A stretch of DNA of 64,000 bases from Squalus acanthias (taxonomy: Eukaryota): NCBI GenBank assembly GCA_030390025.1, contig CM059425.1, positions 171,618,001 to 171,682,000 of the forward strand, given 5' to 3'. Shown piece after piece: positions 24,685 through 37,015 of this stretch. Position numbers and translations under genes: made by a program. Within the stretch, counting starts at the first letter, position 1. Every line of letters starts with the position of its first letter. The notes under the pieces are model-generated. The model made no database searches, was not told the origin of the DNA, and saw only the letters and a list, made by a program, of their open reading frames with translations.

Positions 24685-27441
24685 ACCTGGATTTTACCTG
24701 CTGAGACAAGTTGGGGGCGGAACTGCTGCCTTCCGGGTTCTAGTCCCGCCCCCAGCAACGTCCGACGCAGACACGCTGTTTTCCCCTGATTGGCCTTGTT
24801 AAGCCCGCCCTGCGGGCTTGCCGGCCAATTAAGGGAAAGCCGGCGTCAGATGACATCAGTTGATGACGCTGCATCTGCCGGTTTTCTTAAAGGGACATGA
24901 TCCATTTATTTTTGACAGATGATTTGACGGTGCTGTCAAACACTGACAATCACTGTACAAAGGTGAGCCCTTGTACCCAGGCTCTCCAATGACTCTCTCC
25001 TTAGGATAAAACAGATGGCAGCTGCAGGTGAGGGTACAGAAGCGATGTCACTTCTCCCAATGAGGTGAGGCCACACAAACACTTCAAAGCTTGTCACCTA
25101 CAGAAAAATCTAAACACATTAAAAATGACTTTCCCAACATTTTCTGACCTTTGATACTCACCAGTGTCCCATTGCATCCTTCACACCACTTCTGCAGCTG
25201 TCATCTATACACAAACATTGCAACAGACCCACATCACGTCTCACTTACCCTGGCGGGGTTCCCCGATGTCAGGAAGCCCACAGCAGAAGTCTCAAAATGG
25301 GAAAAAGCCTCTTAACTGCCTGTTAACTACCTGTTAACAGGCAGTTAAGTGGCTATAAGAACATAAGAACATAAGAAATAGGAGCAGGAGTAGGCCAATC
25401 GGCCCCTCGAGCCTGCTCCGCCATTCAATAAGATCATGGCTGATCTGATCCTAACCGCCAATCTACTATCTATCACAGAACCATCTCCTGCATCTAACAG
25501 AATTGCACACACGAAATAGGAGCAGAATCAGGCTACACAGTCCCTGGGCCCGCTCCACTACCCACAGGGCCATGACCGATCCGAACCTAGACTCATGTCC
25601 AAATTCCTGCCCGCTCCCCGTAACCCTTAATGCCCTTTACTTCTAGGAAACTGTCTATTTCTGTTTTAAATTTAATTAATGTTGTAGCTTCTACAGCTTT
25701 TTGTGGCAGCATATTCCATGGACCTACCACCCTCTGAGTGAAGTAGTTCCTCCTCATCTCAGTTTTGAAAGAGCAGCCCCTTATTCTAAGACTATGTCCC
25801 CTAGTTCTCGTCTCACCCGTCATCGGGAACATCCTCCCCGCATCCACCCGATCCAACCCCTTCACAATCTTATATGTTTCAATAAGATCGCCTCTCATTC
25901 TTCTGAACTCCAATGAGTAGAGTCCCAATCTACCCAACCTCTCCTCATATGACCACCCCCTCATCCCCGGGATTAACCGAGTGAACCTTTTTTGCACTGC
26001 CTCGAGAGCAAGGATGTCTTTCCTTAAGTAAGGACACCAAAACTGTATGCAGTATTCCAGGTGCGGTCTCACCAATACCTTGTACAACTGAAGCAATACC
26101 TCCCTATTTTTATATTCTATCCCCCTAGCAATGAAAGCCAACATTCCATTTGCCTTCTTAATCACTTGCTGCACCTGCATACTAACCTTTTGAGTTTCGT
26201 GCACCAGGACCCCCAGATCCCTTTGCACTTCAGTACTCTCCAGTTTCTTGCCATTAAGATAATAAATTGCTCTAGGATTTTTCCTGCCAAAGTGCATCAC
26301 CTCACACTTTCCAGTGTTGTATTCCATCTGCCAAATCTCTGCCCACTTACTTAGCCTGTCTATGTCCCCTTGCAGGTTTTTTATGTCCTCCTCACTCACT
26401 ACTTTCCCTCCCATCTTTGTATCATCTGCAAATTTTGATATGTTACACTTGGTCCCTTCCTCCAAATCGTTAATATAGATTGTGAAGAGTTGGGGACCCA
26501 GCACTGACCCCTGTGGAACACCACTAGTTACTGATTGCCAGTCTGAGAATGAACCATTTATCCCAACTCTTTGCTTTCTGTTAGATAGCCAATCCTCTAT
26601 CCATGCCAGAATATTACCCCCAATCCCGTGATTTTTTACCTTAAGCAATAATCTTTTGTGTGGCACCTTGTCAAATGCCTTTTGGAAGTCTAAATACACT
26701 ACGTCCACTGGTTCCCCTTTATCCACTCTATATGTTACTTCCTCAAAGAACTCCAGCAAATTTGTCAAACATGACTTCCCCTTCGTAAAACCATGCTGAC
26801 TTTGTCCTATTAAATTATGATTATCCAAATGTCCTGTTACTGTTTCCTTAATAATGGACTCCAAAATTTTACCTACCACAGATGTTAGGCTAACCGGTCT
26901 ATAGTTACCAGCCTTCTGTCTACTGCCCTTTTTAAATAAGGGTGTTACATTAGCAGTTTTCCAGTCTGCCGGGACCTTAGCGGAATCCAGGGAGTTTTGA
27001 AAAATTATTACCAATGCATCTACAATCCCTACCGCCACTTCCTTCAAGACTCTAGGATGTAAGCCATCAGGTCCAGGTGATTTATCCGCCTTGAGTCCCA
27101 TTATTTTACCGAGTACCACTTCCTTAGTGATTTTGATCGTGTTTAGCTCCTCTCCCCCTATAGCCCCCTGTTTGTCCAGTGTTGGGATATTCTTAGTGTC
27201 CTCTACTGTAAAGACTGATACAAAATATTCATTCAGTGTTTTTGCCATCTCCATATTTCCCACCTATAATCCTCTTCCAGCCGCTAGGAGTTGGGTCCCT
27301 GCGCAAATCGGGCATCCAACTCCCGGGAAGATTGGTTGGAGGCGGGTTGGGAGTGGGTTCGGGACCCACTCCCATTCTTTTTGATTTTCCCAGCAGTTCC
27401 GCCTCCAAACCTACCTCCTCAGGGCTGGTAAAATCCAGCCC
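24685..27441. mobile_element. Harbinger-group non-autonomous element interrupted by a young CR1
   Basis: Inverted termini ctggattttacc...ggcggaactgctg / cagcagttccgcc...ggtaaaatccag; VPRLSNDSL Myb-ORF-like remnant near 24975. Confidence 0.65.
25359..27263 (-). mobile_element. Young 5'-truncated CR1 (HER1-type) LINE with uninterrupted 556-aa RT reading frame (25593-27263)
   Basis: KSPGPDG, NYRPVSL, LDFQKAFDKV, GVPQGSVLGP, KFADD; 8-mer tail (ttcttatg)n; 6-bp duplication ctataa at 25353-25358 and 27264-27269. Confidence 0.96.
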
Positions 27442-27482
27442 AATGTATCAGCTGAAGAACTCGTTAGGCTCCATTTAGGGGT

Positions 27483-27935
27483 ATGCCTTGGGTCAGTGGT
27501 AGTGCCTCTGAACCAGAAGGTCATGGGTTCAAGCCTCACTCAAGAGACTGAGCACCTAACCTAGGCTGACACTTCATTGCAGTGAGGGAGTGCTGCACTG
27601 TTGGAGATGACGTCTTTCAGATAAGACGTTAATCCGACACCCCGTCTACCCTCGCCGGTGGATGTAAATGATTCCATGGCACATTTTGAAGAGGAGCAGG
27701 GGAGTTCTCCCGGTGTTCTGGTCAACATTAATCACTCAACCAGTATCACTAAAACAGATTATCTGGTCATTTATCTCAGTACTGTTTGTGGGAGCTTGCT
27801 GTGTGCAAATTGGCTAACGCGCTTCCTACATTACAACAGTGACTACACTTAAAAAGTACTTCATTGGCTGTGAAGCGCCTTGGAACACCATGAGGTTGTG
27901 AAGGGAGCTATATAAATTCTAAGTTCCTTCTTTCA
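27483..27935 (+). mobile_element. tRNA-derived SINE with L2-type tail (DeuSINE/SacSINE1-like)
   Basis: A-box-like tgggtcagtgg, B-box gggttcaagcc, tail ctgtgaagcgccttgg..gctatataaat; second copy at 38480. Confidence 0.7.
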
Positions 27936-29107
27936 TTATTTATGGTGAACGTCTTTTATTTCTGCCCCCATCTCTTCTGAAGATGCTAACTCATGCTACG
28001 CTACAGTTCCAGACACCAGCAGTCCTCTGGTACCTCACCAAAGTGGACATTCATTCCTCAGGTGAGCTTAGATACTGAGAGTCAGCAGGCTCTTCAACTG
28101 TGCAGAACATCACAGCCAAGCCTGATCTTGTTCTCACTCAACATCTATACAGGTGCATTTTCAGTGATTACTGGATGATTATGGTAAGAGAATCCTTTCT
28201 TAGGCTAGAGGCACTGACATCAATTGTAGCATCCCCATTTCCACCCCAGTGGCAATATGAATTTATCACAGATTAAGAATGAAACCTGGGAACTTCTGAT
28301 CTGTATCGCTCAGCTACATGATGCCTTCATCAACGAAACTATCAGAAAACCATAAATAAATCATTTTTTTAAAATGTATTTGGTGTAGTATGGGATAACA
28401 AAAGAAACTATGGGATAACAAAAGAAACACGAGCATAGACATCTATCTTCAGTTTGCCATAGGCATCAGAACTGGTTGACAAACTGCCCAAATTTTTTTT
28501 GAGAGAAACAGGATCACACAACTTCAGAAGTAAGCTACAAAACATGTACATATTATCCTCTCCCCTTGCCCGAATCCTGCATTCTACCAAAATCATTTTT
28601 TTCTTTAAAAGGACATAATATTTGCTCATAAAGGAATTTCTGCTACAAAGAACCTCTTTCAGTTGAAGATAAGATGAAAAAGATCTTTCAAACAGGACTG
28701 CATCAAGATGCTGCCTACAACTAAGGCTATCACTTGCTGCTATTGAAAATTGGACAGAGGACAGGATGGAGTGGGATTATGATTTCACCTCTGATGCTCA
28801 CCTTGCTGCATTGAAAACTTCAGTAACTAACTATTGATACAGGTCAGATTCATCTTACGAAGGGCTAGCTCCCAGAGATACACAAGCCACTTAGAATGTT
28901 AATTATGATCATTCCATGTGGGTTATCTCTCTCTCTCCAGAGATGCTCCAGGCATAAGTATGAACGCATACAGCCTCTAACAGAGAAAAACAGATGCCGA
29001 AGGACAAGTAACTTTTAAGTGAGTGTTGCCTGGAATGACATATTTTGATAGTTTTTAATGATATGAGCAACAGTAGGAAATAGATGTATCTCAGTGGAAA
29101 ATTGTAC

Positions 29108-29365
29108 TGTTTGACGTAAGAAAACTACTAGGCACTTGGTCTAAGCGTTAAACAAAGCTTTAATCAACTGTTTTCCAACATGGAGGTCTAGTTGTGTCCT
29201 TTACTAGTTCCTGTTAAGAATGTCCTGCGCAAGCTGGGCCCGTGCCCGAGTATTTATACTCTCCCTGGACAGCGCCACCTGCAGGCCACTCAGTATTATT
29301 TCATAAGTCTTTCTTTCATGAATGACAGATTCATGTCACTGTTCATCCATGTATTCTACGTAACA
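29108..29365 (-). mobile_element. Probable solo LTR
   Basis: TGTT...AACA termini with partial inverted repeat (acgta). On the minus strand TATAAATA precedes ATTAAA in LTR order. No clean target duplication. Confidence 0.5.
29270..29288 (-). promoter_or_regulatory. CTCF-like motif
   Basis: TGGCCTGCAGGTGGCGCTG, one mismatch to the CCASYAGRKGGCRS core; motif only, binding unknown. Confidence 0.45.
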
Positions 29366-30786
29366 TAAACCAGTTTGTTAGTATACAATCAGTTTAATCT
29401 TACCACCATGCCTTTCAGTACATTTGGAGAATGCATGTGGTAGTGCCTGTAAGATCAAAGTAACCATTACACACAACAAAGGATCTAGTTGCAACCCCTG
29501 GGTCACACTATCAATTGACTAGATATTGGGCAGTAAAGGCACATTCCTGATCATAGGGAATGTGAGCTCCACTTATGGGAGTGACCAGTGGAGCTGAGCC
29601 CAAGAGAATATAGACGCTTAAAATTTGTAACAGAAATCCTACCTGAAGCAACTGGTTGGGGGTCCAGCACCACTTTTCCTTTATTCCATACTCAAGTGAC
29701 TCAGAAACAAGTACTGAGAGTTAGATCCATATAAAGTCTGAGAGCTGATCAAATACATCTATTTTTTATGAACTCGTGTAATTCCATCTCCCTCCCTCCC
29801 CTTCTGAATGTAATGCCTCCAATGGTACATACAAGGCAGAGAACCATCTGGCATGTTTATTCACCTTCGTCATAGCTGACAAGTGGCACATGAATTCTTA
29901 ACAACGTGATTAGACATGATGGGAGATCTAGCAATTAACAGAAGGCGCTTATGGTTATCTCCCTTTACAGCAACTACTGAGCATAGTGTAATGGGGAGGC
30001 AGATTAGACTGATCTATCTTGGAAAATTTGTTAAAGGCTGATGAGAGCAGCATAAAAATTGACATAATTGTTCTTCGGGGCCATAAATGTAGCTTTTCCT
30101 TCTCTAATTGGTGACAACCAGATTGACCTTTCTAGTGTAACTGTAACTTTGGTATAGTAATTAGACAAATCCACAACCTCACTCAGTTAAGTCAAATACA
30201 AGACCAACGTCCATCACCAGTGATTTCTGCAGTAACATTTATTAATCAGCTGTATCCATTTGGTTAATGTAGGGGAAATAAATGGAAAAAGGAGTTCAGT
30301 ATTAAGGCATGAGCTTCGCATAAGCTACAGAAATCAATTTTTGAATGAATACTTAATGCATTTCTAATTCATCTGTCTGTAGGTCTTTGGAGTGCAAGAG
30401 TTGCCCATGACAGTGAGAAAGTTTGACTGAAAGCATTTTCTACCAATTAGGAGGTTTCAGCTTTATTAACCATCATAAATAATTAATCAGAGGTTGGCTA
30501 TTTCTACACCGGAGTTGCACAATGTAAATGTCAACAGATTTTTTCCTGTGATATAAATTGTAAGTCTGTAGACTTCAAGAATCATGTATAATTGAACTTT
30601 AGTTTTCTCTCCAAAATGTCAGAACGGTAAAATTGTTCAATAACACCATTTCACAAAGTGGCACGGCTTCAGCCACTGTGAATATACAAATACACATCAA
30701 TAGAGAAGTTCAGGCTGAATATCAGCTGATATATTTATTCATTGTTTTATAAGGAGGACCATTTTCCACGTGATGCACAACATATT

Positions 30787-31529
30787 GGCCCAGAAATTGA
30801 TCTTGCTCTGTTCCCGCGGGGGTAAGGAGCAGGCGCGATCTCTCACTCCGCGTTGGCTTTTTCAGATCCAGCTCGCACGAACTTGATGTTCCAGACATCA
30901 GCTGGGCAGTGCTTGCGTATCCCACCGGCGTAGTGAATTCGTGCGAGCTGTGGGATCACGTGACTCAGTTAGAGCCAATGGCAGCACACCATCTTCCATT
31001 CATAAGTTTCACATACGTGCTGTGAAAGCTATGAATCTTACACCCCCCAAAATAACAGCTAAACCTCAATTAAATTTAAAAAAAAAACCATCACATTAAT
31101 AAAATAAGTATAGTTAAATAAATTAACCATTTTAAATAAAAAATTAAATTTTTGAAAAACTTTTAAATCTTTTAAAAAGTTATAAAAATAAACTTACCTG
31201 TCTTTAAAGTCTCTAAAAAAGATATACCTGTTAAAAAAAATTCAAAAAAATACTTAATTCACTACTTACCTTGTTAAAAGTGGGTCTTACTCCTCCTTTT
31301 TCCATTTCTAAAATCTTCCGTCCTTACCTGCGCGTCCAAAGCACGAAGTGCACAGCGTGCGCGCAGCCTGTAGCGCGCACGCGATGCACCGAGGAACCGC
31401 CCCCTTTTCCAAAGACCAAGTGCCGGTTTTCAGCACATGCGCAGGGCATGCAGAAAACCGGCAATTGGAGAGAGAATACGCGAGAGTACGCAGTGCGTAC
31501 TCTCGCGCAGCGGGATCAATTTTTGGCCC
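30787..31529. mobile_element. Harbinger-group MITE
   Basis: att|ggcccagaaattgatc...gatcaatttttggccc|att; 3-bp duplication ATT. Confidence 0.75.
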
Positions 31530-32494
31530 ATTATTCTGCTGCTTAAGTACAAGTCTCTTTAAGGTTCCAAGATGTAATTGCTCTACGTTCTTGAAATCAA
31601 TGCTCGAGTCAGCTACAAGTCGGACTGGTTTTCTGTCTCTTTTTTAAAAAATGTTTAAGGCCATAAAAAAGGCTAATTGTAAGTATTCAGAAGCTTGAGG
31701 AGCTTAACTTATTTATCCAGGGAATTTTGCAGATTACAAAGTGCTTGTTATTTTTCAGGTGCAGGCCAGAAGCACCCAGCATAAAGTCACGGTGGCCCTT
31801 CCAGCACATTCCCTTCATAACGCGAAACAGAGCGCATCGGAAGAGCCGCCTATTAGGCCAGCATTGAGATTTGCCAGGTCCTGGCCTTATGTCTGGATTT
31901 TAGCAAGCATTGTAATGGGCAGAGCCTCGGCACCACCCTCACATAGGCAGTGGCGTAAGAGGAGGGCAGGGCTGGGGACTTCTAATGCCAGGATTTCTCG
32001 TATCCATGGCTCTCCGGCGTAGGATCAGCAGCGGTACACCTTGGATGTACAGTACTATGGTGCCAAACAGCAGAAGTGGACTGCTGAAGACACTTCTTGC
32101 TGGGACTACTTCCAACCACCTCCCACCCCGAACCCCGATGATGACTGTTCCACTGTACTATGTGGCTTCTTCAGGGGGCAGGCACTCCTAGTGGTGTGGG
32201 CACCTGCCATTCCAAATCAAATTAAGGGACCACCACCCGCCCCACCCCCGGTCCTTGTCAATTTTGGTAGGGTCAACAGTGGAGGTCCTGGGCAGACAGA
32301 TCCCAGCACTTAAATCAGGATGTGCCCCTCCACCCACAGGGGTTTTTCTGATCTCCTGTGTAACTTCGGTGGAATCTCCTGAGAAACAGCTAAAACTGGT
32401 CATTTACACTATTTCTCTGGGAGTTCCACCGATCTTCCACTGAACTGACCATCCTAACAGCATTCTGGAATAACCTTCATTACACGGACTGTAG

Positions 32495-32875
32495 CAGTTC
32501 AAACCCGCAACCTCCACCACCTAGAAGGACGAGGGCAGCAGGTGCATGGTACCTCCAAGTTTCCCTCCAAGTCACACACCATCCTGACTTGGACATATAT
32601 CGCTATACCTTTATCGTCGCTGGGTCAAAATCCTGGAACTCCCTACCTAACCTGTGGGAGTACCTTCACCACACGGACTGCAGCAGTTCAAGAAGGCAGC
32701 CCACCACCACCTTCTCAAGGGCAATTAGGGATGGTCATTAAATGCTGGCCTTGCTAGCGACGCCCATATCCCAAGAATGAATTTTAAAAATAAGAAGGCC
32801 CACCACCTGCTCAAGGGCAACTAGAGATCAGCAATAAATGCCAGCGACTCCCACATCCTGAGAATGAATAAAAAA
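32495..32875 (+). mobile_element. Two tandem 3' ends of the tRNA-headed LINE family
   Basis: gttcaagaaggcagcccaccaccaccttctcaagggcaattagg...aaatgctggccttgc, then a shorter second copy. Confidence 0.75.
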
Positions 32876-32879
32876 TGCC

Positions 32880-34360
32880 TACTGAGAAATGCACACATGC
32901 AGAATTTCTGTTTCCATTTGAAAGGCCCCTGCAACTTCCAGTACGCCTTGACAGATCATCTGAACCGCCTGAAAAATGAGTATTGCTGGCGCAGAGTTGG
33001 ACTATTTGCCCAACAACTGCAAAGCAATTGCCCACACAACTCTCACGGCTGGTAAAAGCAGGCTTAGGGCCTGCTTTCATCAGTGTAAGGGTATATATAA
33101 GGCTTAAATAAAACATTTAAAATCCAAAATGCGAGGTTATCCACTTTGGTAGGAAAAATAAAAAAGCAAATTATTATTTAAATGGGGAGAGATTACAAAA
33201 TGCTGCGGTACAGAGGAATCTGGGGGTCCTTGTACATGAACCACAAAAAGTTAGCTTGCAGGTACAGCAAGTAATTAGGAAGGCAAATGGAATATTGGCC
33301 TTTATTGCAAAGGGAATGGAGTATAAAAGTAGGGAAGTCCTGTTACAACTGTACAGGGTGTTGGTGAGACCACACCTGGAGTACTGCGTACAGTTTTGGT
33401 CTCCTTATTTAAGGAAGGATATACTTGCATTGGAGGCAGTTCAGAGAAGGTTCACGAGGTTGATTCCGGAGATGAAGGGGTTGTCTTATGAAGAAAGGTT
33501 GAACAGGTTGGGCCAATACTCATTGGAGTTTAGAAGAATGAGAGGGGATCTTATTGAAACATATAAGATTCTGAAAGGGCTCGACAGGGTAGATGCAGAG
33601 AGGATGTTTCCCCTTGTGGGGGAATCTCGAACTAGGGGGCATAATTTCAGAATAAGGGGAAACCCTTTTAAATCGGAAATGAGGAGGAATTTCTTCTCTC
33701 AGAGGGTCGTGAATCTTTGGAATTCTCTTCCCCAGAGAGCTGTGGAGGCTGGGTCATTGAATATATTTAAGGTGGAGATAGACAGATTTTTGAAAGGTAA
33801 GGGAGTCAAGGGTTATGGGGAGCGGGCAGGGAAGTGGAGTTGAGGCCAAGATAAGATCAGCCATGATCTTATTGAATGGCGGAGCAGGCTCGAGGGGCCA
33901 AATGACATACTCCTGCTCCTACGTCTTATGTTATCTTATAATTATGGACATACACTTTAAATGAGTTTATGCAAATATTGGCCCTGATTAAGATGTTTAA
34001 AATTATTTATCAAAAAATTAAATTTTTATTGAGATTGGTGCAATGAATGGACTTACGAATAAAATTGAAAATCAGTATATGTATATTTATTAGAATTCTG
34101 TACATCGTATAATTATTTGGGGATTCCATTGCATATCATTGGGGGATTCCCTTCGTCAATGATTGCAATGGAATCTTCTTCTGTCATTGGAAGACCGGGC
34201 CCATGTGATCCCGGGGACGCTTCTGAACCTCCTGCGTCCCTGGGATCCGTGGGCCTTTACGCTGCCGTATGCCTAGAGGCCCGAGACCACAACTCTTTGC
34301 AGCCTGGAGGTACTTTCGGAATTGTTTCGCGGGTCGGAGGCACGCCTCTGACCGCAATTA
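32880..34360. mobile_element. Family A MITE interrupted by CR1
   Basis: 32900-33125 and 33945-34360 align collinearly with 2670-3421. Confidence 0.75.
33128..33940 (+). mobile_element. CR1 3' fragment with open frame (33256-33843)
   Basis: LYRVLVRPHLEYCVQFWSP...RRMRGDLIETYKI; typical 3' UTR and cttatgt tail. Confidence 0.93.
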
Positions 34361-34586
34361 TTGAAAAAAAACATTTGCAGCTATTTGATTGGTTCGCCTC
34401 CTCCTTTCTAATAAATTTCCACATAAGAAAATTAAGAAATTTACAAAAAGGTGAATTAAGAAAATTACATATCTGACAATCAGCCGCAAGTATAAAAATG
34501 TGCCTAGGATTTTGTTCACCTGTGATACCAAGATGTGACACAGGAAGTGTGACACGATGGACTGGAGATGCATGCAGTCTTATGGT

Positions 34587-36280
34587 TTTCAGTTCTGGGC
34601 ACTACACCGTAGAAAGGATATACTGGCCTTGGAGGGAGTGCAGTGAAGATTTACCACAATGATACCTGGACTTCAAGGGTTAAATTACGGGGAGAGATTA
34701 CACAAAATAGGGTTGTATTCCCTGGAATTTAGAAGGTTAAGAAGGGGTGAATCGATCGAAGTTTTCCAGATATTAAGGGGAACTGATAGGATAGATAGAG
34801 AGAAACTATTTCCACTTGTTGGGGAGTCTTGGACTAGGGGAGATAGCCTAAAAATTAGAGCCAGATCTTTCAGGAGTGAGATTAGGAAACACTTCTACAC
34901 GCAAATGGTGGTAGAAGTTTGGAAGTCTCTTCCGCAAGTATACGAACATACGAATTAGGAGCAGAAGTAGGCCACTCGGTCCTTCGAGCCTGCTCCACCA
35001 TTCAATAAGATCATGGCTGATCAGATTACTCCACATTCCCGCCTATCCCCGATAACTTTTCACCCCCTTGCTTACCAAGAATCTATCTACCTCTGCCTTA
35101 AAAATATTCAAAGACTCTGCTTCCACCGCCCTCTGAGGAAGAGAGTTCCAAAGACTCACGACCCTCTGTGAGAAAAAACTTCTCCTCATCTCTGTCTTAA
35201 ATGGGCGATCCCTTATTTTTAAACAGTGACCCCTAGTTCTAGATTCTCCCACAAGAGGAAACATGCTCTCCACATCCACCCTGTCCAGACCCCTCAGGAT
35301 CTTATATGTTTCAATCAAGTCACCTCTTACTCTTCTAAACTCCAGCGGATACAAGCCTAGCCTGTCCAACCTTTCCTCATAAGACAACCGGCCGATTCCA
35401 GGTATTAGTCCAGTAAACCTTCTCTGAACTGCTTGCAACGCATTTACATCCTTCCTTAAATAAGGAGACCAATACTGTACACAGTACTCCAGATGTGGTC
35501 TCACCAATGCCCTGTATAACTGAAGCATAACCTCCCTACTTTTGTATTTAATTCCCCTTGCGATAAACGATAACATTCTATTAGCTTTCCTAATTACTTG
35601 TTGTACCTGCATAGTAACCTTTTGCGATTCATGCACTAGGGCACCCAGATCCCTCTGCATCTCAGAGCTCTGCAATCTCTCACCATTTAGATAATATGCT
35701 TCTTTTTTATTCTTCCTGCCAAAATGGACAACTTCACATTTTCCCACATTATACTCCATTTGCCAGATCTTTGCCCACTCACTTAACCTATCTATATTCC
35801 TTTGTAGCCTCCTTATGTCCTCTTCACAATTTACTTTCCTACCTATCTTTGTCTCATCAGCAAATTTAGCAACCATACCTTTGGTCCCTTCATCCAAGTC
35901 ATTTATATAAATTGTAAAAAGTTGAGGCCCCAGCACTGATCCCTGTGGCACACCACTCGTTACATCTTGCCAATCAGAAAATGACCCATTTATGCCTACT
36001 CTCTGTTTCCTGTTAGCTAGCCAATCTTCTATCCATGCCAATATGTTACCCCCTACACCATGAGCTTTTATTTTCCGCAATAACCTTTGATGTGGCAAAC
36101 GACAGTTGATGCAAGATCAATTGTTTATTTTAAATCAGAGATTGATACATTTTTGTTAACCAAAGGTATTAAGGGATATGGGGCAAAGGCGGATATATGA
36201 AGTTAGGTCACAGATCAGGCATGATTTCATCGGATAGCAGAACAGGCTCGAAGGGCTAAATGGCCGACTCCTGTTACTAT
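34587..36280 (+). mobile_element. Older CR1 3' fragment split by a younger antisense CR1
   Basis: 34587-34937 continues at 36095-36280; gcaa duplicated at the junctions. Confidence 0.8.
34938..36097 (-). mobile_element. CR1 3' fragment with 351-aa open RT frame (35043-36098)
   Basis: GVPQGSVLGP, KFADET (catalytic DD changed to DE), (ttcgtatg)n tail. Confidence 0.93.
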
Positions 36281-37015
36281 GGCCCTGATGTTGCGGTGGG
36301 TATGGCGGCGTACTCTTAGAGTACGCTGTCATACCTCCTTTGAAATCCTCCGTAAGTTCGGGATTTCCGCATGCGCTAAATCCTGAACTTGTGGTCTGTC
36401 AATGTACGCGTTGACAGGCCATCCTCACGGCCCACGAAAAAGCAATTGCTGGCGCAGAGTTGGGCTATTTTCCCACGAACTGCCGAGCAATTACGTATGG
36501 AACTGTTACGGTTGATGCAAACAGGTTCAGGGCCTGTCTGCATCAGCGTAAGGGGATACCTTAGGCAAGTTTTAAACATTTTCATCTCGGAAATCATATA
36601 GTTTAACTGTATCAAATGAGTTTTTCTTGTTTTGAAAATATTAGAGTTTTAATGATGTCGATCAAATTATCAGCAAAATAAAATTTTTAATGAAGTTGGT
36701 GGAATGAAGCTAATTAGGAATTAAATTCCAAACCTGTAAATTGTAATTAAATTTGATTACGGGATTCCATTCAATCTGATTACGGGATTCCCTTCTGAAA
36801 TGATGTAAAATCTAATTCTGTTTTCTGATTGGAGGACCAGGCCCACATGATCCCAGCTACGCTTCCACACAGGCTGCGTCCCTGACATCCGTGGACCATT
36901 ATGCTGCCCTCCATTACGAAGCGTCAGACCGCAAGTTTTCACAGGAGGGCCGCCATCAGGCAGGTGTGTATTCTTTTCACTCCGGAGGTATGCCACCGAC
37001 CGCAATTTTTGGCCC
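36281..37015. mobile_element. Family A MITE inserted in a CR1 tail
   Basis: tat|ggccctgatgttgcggt...accgcaatttttggccc|aat. Confidence 0.72.

Noticed and set aside
25593..27263. Longest ORF as a host gene or retron-type RT
   Set aside because: It is a CR1 ORF2 fragment with a LINE tail and TSD, 5'-truncated and lacking the endonuclease.
28389..28428. Exact 20-bp tandem duplication (similar short ones at ~5861-5920 and ~44864-44898)
   Set aside because: Ordinary slippage-type duplications with no associated structure.
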